The notes below the pieces were generated by a model. That model did not search any database and was not told the origin of the DNA. It worked only from the letters and a program-made list of their open reading frames with translations. The position numbers and the translations under genes are program-made. Below, one piece after another: positions 1-8,102 of a DNA stretch of 64,000 bases; positions within the stretch are counted from its first letter, which is position 1, and the number at the start of each line of letters is the position of its first letter. Origin of the DNA: Planctomycetes bacterium ADurb.Bin069 (GTDB lineage: Bacteria > Planctomycetota > UBA8108 > UBA8890 > UBA8898). The stretch covers positions 80,103 to 144,102 of the forward strand of contig MWEK01000001.1 in NCBI GenBank assembly GCA_002070955.1, read 5' to 3'.

Positions 1-53
1 AGGGGGGTGTCGTCGTGCGCGATGTCGACTCCGAGGTTCTTCAGGAGGTCGTC

Positions 54-1166
54 GTGCTGCGGTTCTTAAGAAATCTGTTTCGCCGCAAGGATACCGTCGA
101 GTATCTGCGCGAGGCATGGCGGACAAAGCCGTCGATTGCGGTGGCTGAGAAGCTGTTTCACCGTTTGCAGGACACCGGCTCCCCCGGCGCCGCGCTTGCA
201 TTCATCAGGGAGGCGGGCCGCGCCTATCCTCACGCGCAGCGTCTCCGCGACCTGCAGCACCAAGCGTTGCGCGTGCGCAGCTCCGAAGAGGTCAAATCGC
301 TTCGCGCCGCGCTGGCCGCCAACCCGCGTCCCGAGATCTACGCGCGTCTCGGCGAGCTCTATCGCTACCTCGGACATTGCGAGGAGGCCCTGGAGATCGC
401 GCGCGAGGGTATCGCCCGCTATCCCCAGAGCGGCGGCAATTACCTCGCCATCGGCCTCGTGCACTACAGCCGCTTCCTAAAGACATCCTCGGCGCACGAT
501 GGGCTTCAGACCGAAGCCTGCCTGCGCCAGGCGTATGCCCTGGACAGCGCGAGCTTCAAGTCGCTGTATTATCTCGCATGCTTGTACGTGTACGCCGGCG
601 CAAAGCCAATGGCGTCCGAGTGCATTGCGCGGCTGGCGGAGCTGATGCCGGGCGACAACCGGGTCGCCGATCTCGCGCAGCGCGCCCAAGCGCTGCCCGA
701 TTCTCCCCAAGGCACTGCAGCGGACTACTTCAGGCTCCACGAGGCGCGCGCCATGGAGGCGGCGGCCGGCGCACCCGGACGCGCCGAGCCCTTCGCCGGC
801 CTGCGGCCCGGCAAGCCGCTGAATGATCGCCTGGCGAGGATCGCCGCGCTCCCCGGGGTCGACGGCGTGTGTGTGCTCGATCGATACGGCGCCAGGATCG
901 CCGGCGCCGGCCGGAGCGGCGACACGGCGTGCAACGAGGCTGCCCTCCAAGGCATGCTCGAGGGCGCCCGCGTCAACGCCCGCCGGATGTCCATCGGCAA
1001 CTTCAGCCGCGCGGTCCTACGGTCGAAGGACTGGCAGGTATTCTTGTACGAACTCGAGCCTTACGGGTTGGCCGTCATGGGAGGGCGCACGGCCCGCCAA
1101 GACCTGGTGCAGCGCAAGGTCACCGAATTCATCGAAGAATGCCTCTGTGAGGAGCAGGGAGCATGA
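54..1166 (+). CDS. TPR-like helical-repeat protein with C-terminal Roadblock/LC7 (MglB-like) domain
   Basis: Track ORF 15..1166. An in-frame GTG at 54 lies 5 nt after AGGAGG (43-48). The N-terminal ~250 aa are helical/TPR-like (YARLGELYRYLGHCEEALEIAREGIARYP). The last ~110 aa (GVDGVCVLDRYGARIAG...WQVFLYELEPYGLAVMGG) have the Roadblock alpha-beta pattern. The stop overlaps the next start (ATGA at 1163-1166). Confidence 0.6.
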   Translation: MLRFLRNLFRRKDTVEYLREAWRTKPSIAVAEKLFHRLQDTGSPGAALAFIREAGRAYPHAQRLRDLQHQALRVRSSEEVKSLRAALAANPRPEIYARLGELYRYLGHCEEALEIAREGIARYPQSGGNYLAIGLVHYSRFLKTSSAHDGLQTEACLRQAYALDSASFKSLYYLACLYVYAGAKPMASECIARLAELMPGDNRVADLAQRAQALPDSPQGTAADYFRLHEARAMEAAAGAPGRAEPFAGLRPGKPLNDRLARIAALPGVDGVCVLDRYGARIAGAGRSGDTACNEAALQGMLEGARVNARRMSIGNFSRAVLRSKDWQVFLYELEPYGLAVMGGRTARQDLVQRKVTEFIEECLCEEQGA

Positions 1167-1543
1167 AGCGAATCCTGAAAGAACTCAATCGGACGGCGGG
1201 CATTCGCGGCAGCATGGTGATGACGCAAGACGGCATCATGGTCGCGGCCGCTCTGGGACCGGATCTTGTGGAAGACGTCGTCGCGGCGCTGGCGTCCGCC
1301 CTGCTGACGACGGTGAAACGGTCGTTCAATCAGATCGCGGCGGGAGAAAGCCTGTCCGAGCTGGTTCTGACCGCCACGGACGGGAAAATGGTCTTCCTCG
1401 ATCTGGGGAATGCCTATTTGGTGGTCGTCGCGAAGCGCGATCTCGCGCTCGCCTCGACGATGGTGGAGATTCAAAGCGCCGCGCACCGCATCAAGAATCG
1501 ACGCGCTTCGACGGTGCAACGCCAGACCGCGGCGGCGCGGTGA
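1163..1543 (+). CDS. Roadblock/LC7 domain protein (second MglB-like paralogue)
   Basis: 126 aa. LNRTAGIRGSMVMTQDGIMVAAAL...LVLTATDGKMVFLDLGNAYLVVVAKRD is a typical single Roadblock fold. Translationally coupled to the upstream gene. Confidence 0.75.
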   Translation: MKRILKELNRTAGIRGSMVMTQDGIMVAAALGPDLVEDVVAALASALLTTVKRSFNQIAAGESLSELVLTATDGKMVFLDLGNAYLVVVAKRDLALASTMVEIQSAAHRIKNRRASTVQRQTAAAR

Positions 1544-1580
1544 GGCGGAGACGCATACACAAGTACCGGAGGATACAGTA

Positions 1581-2522
1581 GTGCAGATCAACTTCGCGCT
1601 CAGGGAGGTCAACTGCAAGATCGTCTACTACGGCCCCGGCTTGAGCGGCAAGACGACGAACCTCGAGGTCATTCACTCCAAGGCGCCCGCCACCAACCGC
1701 GGAGAGTTGACTAGCATTGCCACCGAGGGGGACCGGACGCTCTTCTTCGACTTCCTGCCGCTGAATCTCGGCAATGTCTCCGGCATGAAGACCAAGTTTC
1801 AGTTGTACACCGTGCCCGGCCAGGTCTTCTACAACTCCACCCGCAAGCTCGTCCTTCAGGGGGTCGACGGCGTGGTGTTCGTGGCCGACTCGCGGCGGGG
1901 CAAAATCGAGGAGAACATCGAGAGCCTCGAGAACCTTAAGGAGAACATGGCGGAGTACGGCCTCACGCTCCAGACGACGCCGTTTGTCATCCAGTACAAC
2001 AAGCGCGATCTGGAGGACATTCACACCGTCGAGGAGCTGGACCGGGCGCTCAACAGCGTGAAAGCCCCGACCGTCGAGGCCTCGGCGCTCACCGGCGAGG
2101 GCGTGTTCCCGACGCTCAAGAAGCTCGCCGGCATGGTGCTCGAGAATCTCAACCAACGCCAGGCGTCCAGCGCCATGCGGCCCCGCATGCTGGCCAAAGA
2201 ACCCGTCGCCGCCGGCGTCCGCGAGGAGGCCCCCGCGGCTCCGCCGGCCCCACGCCGCGTTGTGCGCGCGGCGGCTGAGCCGCCGGCGGTCGTCAAGGAG
2301 CAAGTAGCGACGGGTGTGAAGCCGGTCGAGCGGCGAGCGCCGCGCGTGGCGCCGCGGCGGGAGAGCGTTTCGAGGCGTGCGGCGCCGCCGCCGAAGGCGC
2401 AGGCCAAGCGGCCCGCCGGGGGAAATCGCGCGCTGCTCTACATCGTGGTGACGTTGGTGGTGCTTGGCGGCGCGGCCGCCGCGCTGTATTACACCGGGGT
2501 GTTAGGGAGACTCTTGGGTTAG
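1581..2522 (+). CDS. mglA: MglA-family Ras-like GTPase with C-terminal Pro/Ala-rich linker and transmembrane tail
   Basis: In-frame GTG at 1581 inside track ORF 1410..2522. The protein starts VQINFALREVNCKIVYYGPGLSGKTTN (P-loop). It has TVPGQ switch II (the MglA hallmark replacing DxxGQ) and NKRD. It is collinear with Myxococcus MglA as I recall it. About 120 extra C-terminal residues end in the hydrophobic helix ALLYIVVTLVVLGGAAAALYYTGVL. Confidence 0.85.
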   Translation: MQINFALREVNCKIVYYGPGLSGKTTNLEVIHSKAPATNRGELTSIATEGDRTLFFDFLPLNLGNVSGMKTKFQLYTVPGQVFYNSTRKLVLQGVDGVVFVADSRRGKIEENIESLENLKENMAEYGLTLQTTPFVIQYNKRDLEDIHTVEELDRALNSVKAPTVEASALTGEGVFPTLKKLAGMVLENLNQRQASSAMRPRMLAKEPVAAGVREEAPAAPPAPRRVVRAAAEPPAVVKEQVATGVKPVERRAPRVAPRRESVSRRAAPPPKAQAKRPAGGNRALLYIVVTLVVLGGAAAALYYTGVLGRLLG

Positions 2523-2594
2523 GGGGGCGCGACCCGCGCCGCGCCGGCGCGAGGGCGTTCGCCGTCCCGTTGGTGGAAACGAAGGAGGCCAGCC

Positions 2595-3104
2595 ATTAGT
2601 CACGACAGCGACAACATTCGCGAGAAGCGTCTCGTCTTCTACAAGGACGACATCGATCGCATCAACGAAGTCCTGCAGGAGTTCCTGACCTTGTCGGACT
2701 CCAAGTGCATCATGCTCATCGACCGGGAAGGCTACATGGTCACCAAGACCGGCCATACCGAGGACTTCGACATGCAGGCGATCTCGGCCCTCGTTGCGGG
2801 CAGCTACGCCGCCACGCGGGAAATGGCGCGCCTTCTGGGCGAAGAGGAGTTCTCGGTCCTCTTTCATCAGGGCAAGCGCGACAGCATTCAACTGACGCTG
2901 GTCGGGGACCGCACGATCCTTGCCACCGTCTTCGATGAGCGCACGACGATCGGGATGGTGCGCCTCTATGCGAAGGAGGCCAGCCAGAAGCTCGACAAGC
3001 TCTTCGAGGACATCAGCCAGCGCGAGGACGACGGCTCCGAACACATCGGCGCGGATTTCGCCAAAACCGCGAAGGATCAGATGGATGCCGTGTTCTGCGA
3101 CTGA
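2595..3104 (+). CDS. mglB: MglB orthologue (Roadblock/LC7 GTPase-activating protein); start probably non-canonical ATT
   Basis: The track ORF starts at TTG 2691, but the upstream in-frame sequence LVFYKDDIDRINEVLQEFLTLSDSKCIMLIDREG matches the MglB N-terminal helix/strand (M. xanthus LVMYEEEFTKINAVCDRL...VVFLVDKNG). The frame is open from 2523 with no ATG/GTG/TTG. ATT at 2595 lies 6 nt after GGAGG (2584-2588). Confidence 0.75.
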   Translation: MSHDSDNIREKRLVFYKDDIDRINEVLQEFLTLSDSKCIMLIDREGYMVTKTGHTEDFDMQAISALVAGSYAATREMARLLGEEEFSVLFHQGKRDSIQLTLVGDRTILATVFDERTTIGMVRLYAKEASQKLDKLFEDISQREDDGSEHIGADFAKTAKDQMDAVFCD

Positions 3105-3164
3105 GCCGGGGAGTGCGCTCCGCCCTCCGCGCCTGACTGCCGCCGCCTTCGCGGCCGGCGCGTC

Positions 3165-3590
3165 TCAACGCGCCGAATCCGCTGGGGCGCGCGTCGAGCG
3201 CTCGTGCATGCTGTTGGCAAGCTCAGCGGCGTCGGCGAGGAGCAGCAGCGCCTCGCCGACACCCTTGAGGAGACCGTATGCGGCGAGCGCGGCGAACACC
3301 CACGCAAGCACGCGGGCGAGGGCCGCGAGCCGCGCTCCTTCGCCGCGCAGCATGACGACCGCCTCCAAGGCGGCGCCCACAGCGCCGACGGCCGCCGCGC
3401 ACAAGGCTAGCGCCAAAATGAACGCGGCCACGTGGCGAAAACGCGCGTAGCGCGCTATGCGTCGGACGCCCAGGTCCTCGGGCGCAGGAACGGACTCCCG
3501 GCCGTTTTCGGGGCCGGAAAGCCGCTCCAGCAACGCAAGCCGTTTCAAATCCCGGTCTTCACGGCGACGTACGAAGCTCATTCGGTCCAC
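3165..3590 (-). CDS. hypothetical small membrane protein (two predicted hydrophobic helices)
   Basis: 141-aa ORF directly downstream of and co-directional with the HEAT lipoprotein gene. Hydrophobic stretches VAAFILALALCAAAVGAVGAAL and LARVLAWVFAALAAYGLL. No family recognised. Confidence 0.45.
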   Translation of the reverse strand: MDRMSFVRRREDRDLKRLALLERLSGPENGRESVPAPEDLGVRRIARYARFRHVAAFILALALCAAAVGAVGAALEAVVMLRGEGARLAALARVLAWVFAALAAYGLLKGVGEALLLLADAAELANSMHERSTRAPADSAR

Positions 3591-3662
3591 ACACGAACCG
3601 CCGCCTGTCGTCTGTTGCCGCAGCGCGGTCGCGACCTGTCATTCCGGGACGGCCTGAAGCCC

Positions 3663-5933
3663 CTATCTGGACGCCGCATCCAGGCTTGAAACCACCGCAG
3701 CCGGCGCCGCGGTCTTGCTCAGCGTCCGCGCCGCCTCGACTCTGACCCCCACTTCCTCGTCGGCGAGGCAAACCTTCATTAGGTCGTCGAAATCCGCCAC
3801 GTCGGCCCTCACGGCGCTCTCTTCGAGACGCAGCCGCATCGCGATCTCCCCCAGCGCACGGATGGAGGCGATGCGCACGGGCACCGAGCCGCCCGTCTTG
3901 GCCGCCGCTCCCAACGCCTTGAGGACGCTCCTGTCGCCGATGGCGCCCAGACACGCCGCCGCGGGCACCCGCACCGCCTCGGGTCGGTTCGGATCCTCCA
4001 CCGTGTCCGCCAGACCTCTCTTCGCTCCGCCGAGGTCGTACGGCACGCGCGCCGCGATCCACGCCAGCAGGGTTTCGGCCGCCTTCTGGGCGTACTCCTC
4101 GCCCTTCGCGCGGGTGTCCTGCGCTTCCTTCACGATCGGGTCCAGCACTGTGGTGCGCAACGCGCTCGCCGTAATATCCTCGGCGACGACGAACACCTTC
4201 TGTTCGTCCCGTTGGTACAGATCGCGGCTTTCGGCCACCTTCGCCCCGGGCGACACGACGATGACGGGCGCGTCGGCGACGCCCCGGGACTTCCGGATGT
4301 ATCCGATCACCGCAGACACCCCCAAATCCTCCAAGTTCCGGTCCAGGAAGATCACATGCTTGGGCGGAAACGACACGGCCTCCAGCAGCCCTCGATCCGC
4401 TCTGTCGACCACGATCGGCATGAATCCGGCTTCGTTCAGGAGCCCGCCGAAGTAGGTTCGCACGATCTCATCAGGACTGATGACCAGCGCGACCCGGACG
4501 CCCGGGTGGGCAATGGCAAGGGCGAAATTGGTTACGATCTCCTTGGCCTGGGCTTCTTCGACGCGCGGATTGAGGGCCGCCAGGGCCACCGAGGCCTCGA
4601 AGCGCACGCGCTGCTCCCGCGCCTTCAGCGCCGCCTCCAGCGCCGCCGCGACCTTCGCGTTGGCCCCGGCGGCGGGGCTGTACGCGCGGATCTCGTCGAT
4701 CAGCTTGACAACGGGCGCCGGCGTGCCTCCGAACTCCGCCATGTCCTTGAGGGCGCACACGAGCGCCGCCGCCATGGCTTCGAGCCCCATGCGGCGCACG
4801 GACTGATCCAGTTCGTGGATCCGCGCCGTCTGCCCCTGCAACAGGGTCAGTCGGGCCTCATCCGCTCCCTGCTGCTTGGCGAGGGCCAGATTCTCTTCGT
4901 AAAGCTGAACTTGTGCGGCGCGGTTGCTGACGAACCAGGCCTCGGCCGGCGCCTCGGGTTTCGCCCCCGTCTTCATCGCGCGCACGAGCAACAGGTCGGC
5001 GATCACCCGCCGTACCTGGAACGGTTCGACCTCCTCGCCCACGAGCAAGCCGCCTTCCATGCGCCACACGTACGGCCCGCACTGCGGGCGCGGCAGTTGG
5101 TTGGCACCGTGAATGAACGTCTGCGCATCGTCCAGCAGCATCCGCCACGCGGGACGCGCAGCGCCGCGTTCCCCCGTCAAGCGATCGGCGGCCGCCGCAG
5201 CGGTAGCCCGGACCACTGCGTCCCGATCCGTTTCCGCCATATACTTCAGGCTCGACGCGGCGAGGGGGTCCCCGACGCGCGCCAGGATGCCCGCGATCTC
5301 CTCCCGCACGCGGGGCGAGGGACTGTCGATCGCGGCGAGCAGCGGAATGACGGCGTCGCGACCGAGGCTTGCGAGGGCGCGAAAGGCCATCAGGCGCTCG
5401 CCGGGCTCCTGATGGTCGAGGAGCGCGACGAGGCCCGGCGCCAGGTGCCAGCCGTGGCGGTACTTCGCCTGCTGGTAGTCCCGTTCCCATGCGTTGAAGT
5501 CGTCCTTGGAGGCGAGCAGCGCGGCGATTGCCTTTTTGATCTCGTCTTGATCCCGGCTGAAGGCCTTCTCCAACTCCGTCGCCACGTTCAGGATCTGCCG
5601 GACCACCAGGGTCAACTCGCGCCCTTCCGCCGTTCCGTCCTCTTTGCTCTTGACGAGCATTTCGACCAGATCCCTGCGGACGCTCCAGGTTCGATTCAGC
5701 TCATCCTCCCGGATCTCGTCAAGCAGCTTCACGACCTCTTGGGCCTCGGGGCTAAGGGTCTGTGCCTCGCGGAGCAGCCTGACGGCCTCGGCGTTATTGT
5801 GCTGCTTAAAGGCCGCAATCGCCCGGGTGAGCAGGGAGGAGAAATCATCCTCAGCGCCGCATGCCGTCAAGGAGGCACACAAGCACGCTGCGGCCGCACC
5901 TAGAAAACACGCCCTCACAGCTCCCATTGCCAT
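3663..5933 (-). CDS. HEAT-repeat lipoprotein with central degenerate receiver-like (CheY-fold-like) domain
   Basis: 756 aa. Signal peptide plus lipobox (AAACLCASLTAC|GAEDD). HEAT/PBS-lyase-like repeats (DAVIPLLAAIDSPSPRVREEIAGILARVGD; VPAAACLGAIGDRSVLKALG...VRIASIRALGEIA). The central segment VRVALVISPDE...HVIFLDRNLEDLG...APVIVVSPG resembles a receiver fold but lacks the acidic pair. Confidence 0.7.
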   Translation of the reverse strand: MAMGAVRACFLGAAAACLCASLTACGAEDDFSSLLTRAIAAFKQHNNAEAVRLLREAQTLSPEAQEVVKLLDEIREDELNRTWSVRRDLVEMLVKSKEDGTAEGRELTLVVRQILNVATELEKAFSRDQDEIKKAIAALLASKDDFNAWERDYQQAKYRHGWHLAPGLVALLDHQEPGERLMAFRALASLGRDAVIPLLAAIDSPSPRVREEIAGILARVGDPLAASSLKYMAETDRDAVVRATAAAAADRLTGERGAARPAWRMLLDDAQTFIHGANQLPRPQCGPYVWRMEGGLLVGEEVEPFQVRRVIADLLLVRAMKTGAKPEAPAEAWFVSNRAAQVQLYEENLALAKQQGADEARLTLLQGQTARIHELDQSVRRMGLEAMAAALVCALKDMAEFGGTPAPVVKLIDEIRAYSPAAGANAKVAAALEAALKAREQRVRFEASVALAALNPRVEEAQAKEIVTNFALAIAHPGVRVALVISPDEIVRTYFGGLLNEAGFMPIVVDRADRGLLEAVSFPPKHVIFLDRNLEDLGVSAVIGYIRKSRGVADAPVIVVSPGAKVAESRDLYQRDEQKVFVVAEDITASALRTTVLDPIVKEAQDTRAKGEEYAQKAAETLLAWIAARVPYDLGGAKRGLADTVEDPNRPEAVRVPAAACLGAIGDRSVLKALGAAAKTGGSVPVRIASIRALGEIAMRLRLEESAVRADVADFDDLMKVCLADEEVGVRVEAARTLSKTAAPAAVVSSLDAASR

Positions 5934-6110
5934 GCTTCATTCCTCCTTTTACGCCGCGGAAGCGCAGCAATTACAGCGCCGCACACGCATTCCGGCCGCA
6001 CTGTGGATCCTCGCCCACCCGCCGCAAAACCGGCCGCGACAAGGGCCGAGAACCAAACCGCGCGCAGCTTGCAGCAGGTGTGATTATTGTGCACCGCGTC
6101 TGAAATTGCG

Positions 6111-6139
6111 ATTATAACCAGGCGGCATTCCCGCGTCAA
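6111..6139 (-). promoter_or_regulatory. sigma70-type promoter (TTGACG-17 nt-TATAAT) facing the HEAT lipoprotein gene
   Basis: The minus strand reads cacTTGACGcgggaatgccgcctggtTATAATcgc. -35 at 6139..6134 and -10 at 6116..6111, in an AT-richer patch about 170 nt upstream of the start at 5933. Confidence 0.6.
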
Positions 6140-6151
6140 GTGCGCTGCGGC

Positions 6152-6179
6152 TTGACAGCCCCGGAGACTTGCATATGCT
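6152..6179 (+). promoter_or_regulatory. sigma70-type promoter (TTGACA-16 nt-TATGCT) facing larC
   Basis: TTGACA at 6152-6157 and TATGCT at 6174-6179. It sits back-to-back with the minus-strand promoter and leaves a ~140-nt leader before larC. Confidence 0.5.
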
Positions 6180-6325
6180 TGCCTAAGTGCCTGACATGAC
6201 GTTGCCTAGAGGCAAGCGCCGTCAGCGCGGGGCTCCGCGGCTCCGGTGTGCCTCCGGCAGCGGCGGGACCGGCGCCGTCCCGGACGGCAACGATACCGGC
6301 GAGCCCGCAGTCACAAGGAGGCAAG

Positions 6326-7654
6326 GTGCCCACCCATTTGCACTTCGACTGTTTCAGCGGACTCAGCGGCAACATGCTGCTGGGCGCCATGCTCGATCTG
6401 GGAGTCCCCAGGCGCGAAATCGAGGATCACCTCAGAAAGCTGCCGATCGAGCCTTGGGCTTTGCGCGTCGAGGAAGTCCGCCGAGGCCCCATTCGCGCCA
6501 CATGGTGCAGCGTCGAGGCGCTTTCGCACGCGCACGGCGCTGAGGCGCACGATCACGCACATGAACACGATCACCACGATCCCGCCCACCCTCATTCCCA
6601 CGCTCACGCCTTCTGCCGCGAGCCGGACACGTGCAGCGCCGGCCGCCACAGCCCGCGGTTCGCGGACATCCGGGCAATGCTCGTCTCCGCCTCGCTTCCC
6701 TCGCGCGCCAGGGAAATCGCCTTGCGCGCCTTCGACCTGCTGGCCCGCGCCGAAGGGCGCATCCACGGCCTGCCGCCCGAGGACGTCGTGTTTCACGAGG
6801 TGGGCGCCGTGGATTCCATCGTCGATATCGTGGGAACGGCGCTGGCCGTCGCCGCCTGCGGAGCCGAACGGTTCTCGTGCGCGCCGCTGGTCTTAGGTTC
6901 GGGCTCCATCATGACCCAACACGGCCGCCTGCCGCTTCCCGCTCCCGCGACGGTGGAGCTTCTGCGCGGGGCGCCGGTGGTTCAACTCCCCCATCCGTTC
7001 GAATTCACCACGCCGACCGGCGCCGCACTCGTCATGGCGCTTGTCGACCGCTTCGGCCCGCTCCCCGAACTGGTGCTGTCCGGCACGGGCTACGGCGCCG
7101 GCTCGGAGCGCCCCACACCCTTTCCGAACGTCCTCCGCGTGCTTGCCGGCTCCGCGCCGGCAACCGCCGATGCGCCGGCGGTCGTGTTCGAGACGAACAT
7201 CGACAACGCGGCTGGGGAAGACATCGGCCATGTGCTCGCGGCCCTCCTGGCCGCCGGCGCCCTGGATGCCTTCGCCGCGCCGGTGCAGATGAAGAAGAGC
7301 CGCCCCGCGCAGGTGCTCACATGCGTCTGCCGCCCCGCGGACCAGGCGGCTCTCGAAGAGATCGTGTTCCGGAACCTGCCCACTCTCGGCATCCGCAGCC
7401 ACGGCGTCTCGCGCCGCATCCTCGATCGCCGCCACGTGAAGGTGGCGACGCCGTGGGGAACCGTGCGAGTGAAGGAGGCCTTGCGGGGCGGCGTCGTTCT
7501 GCACGCCACTCCGGAGTACGATGACCTGCACGCCTGCGCCGAGGCGCACAGGATCGGCATTGGCCTTATTCGTCGCGCGGCCATGGCGGCCTACGCGCAG
7601 CGGCGGGAAGGACGCGGGGAAGAGCCGTCCCCCGAGCCTTCCGGCGCGTTGTGA
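6326..7654 (+). CDS. larC: nickel insertion protein LarC (pyridinium-3,5-bisthiocarboxylic acid mononucleotide nickel chelatase, DUF111 family)
   Basis: GTG at 6326 follows AAGGAGG. Starts VPTHLHFDCFSGLSGNMLLGAMLDLG and contains HEVGAVDSIVDIVG. A His-rich stretch (HAHGAEAHDHAHEHDHHDPAHPHSHAH) is typical of LarC. Confidence 0.85.
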   Translation: MPTHLHFDCFSGLSGNMLLGAMLDLGVPRREIEDHLRKLPIEPWALRVEEVRRGPIRATWCSVEALSHAHGAEAHDHAHEHDHHDPAHPHSHAHAFCREPDTCSAGRHSPRFADIRAMLVSASLPSRAREIALRAFDLLARAEGRIHGLPPEDVVFHEVGAVDSIVDIVGTALAVAACGAERFSCAPLVLGSGSIMTQHGRLPLPAPATVELLRGAPVVQLPHPFEFTTPTGAALVMALVDRFGPLPELVLSGTGYGAGSERPTPFPNVLRVLAGSAPATADAPAVVFETNIDNAAGEDIGHVLAALLAAGALDAFAAPVQMKKSRPAQVLTCVCRPADQAALEEIVFRNLPTLGIRSHGVSRRILDRRHVKVATPWGTVRVKEALRGGVVLHATPEYDDLHACAEAHRIGIGLIRRAAMAAYAQRREGRGEEPSPEPSGAL

Positions 7655-7685
7655 CGGCGTTCGCCTCAGGGGTGCGGCCGCCGGG

Positions 7686-7997
7686 TCACGGTTGCGTTTC
7701 CCGGCACACCCACGCGCCGAAAGCCGCCGTTGCCGCGCCCTCCAGGCGCACGATGCAGGGGACCTCGTATTCGTGCAGGCGCGCGACCTCCGCGCACAGC
7801 TCGTCCCATCGTTCGGGCACCGTCTTGACGATCGCGGCGGTTTCTCGGGCGCGCTCGATCGCTCCGCGCCAACGGTACCGGCTGTCGATGGGGAAAAGGT
7901 TGGCGCAGGCGATGATGCGCGCTTCCAGCAGCGCCTCCACGATACGCTCCGCGTCCTCCGCCGTGGGAAACGTCAGGTACGCCATGACAAAAGGCAT
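7686..7997 (-). CDS. cutA: divalent-cation tolerance protein CutA
   Basis: MPFVMAYLTFPTAEDAERIVEALLEARIIACANLFP.IDSRYRWRG...VPCIV is the CutA1 pattern. ATG at 7997 chosen within track ORF 7686..8018. Confidence 0.85.
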   Translation of the reverse strand: MPFVMAYLTFPTAEDAERIVEALLEARIIACANLFPIDSRYRWRGAIERARETAAIVKTVPERWDELCAEVARLHEYEVPCIVRLEGAATAAFGAWVCRETQP

Positions 7998-8033
7998 GCG
8001 GTGCTCCTCGAGCTGCACCGGGGGCGCGCGGCG

Positions 8034-8053
8034 AAAAAACCCGGCGCCGCCGG
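8034..8053 (-). terminator. candidate intrinsic terminator after the zinc-ribbon gene
   Basis: The minus strand reads CCGGCG-G-CGCCGG followed by G and TTTTTT (plus-strand A6 at 8034-8039). It lies about 50 nt after the stop at 8103. Confidence 0.5.
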
Positions 8054-8102
8054 CGCACGTCCGCGCCGTCCCCGCAGCGCCGGGTTTCCTCGCCTCGGCG
8101 TC

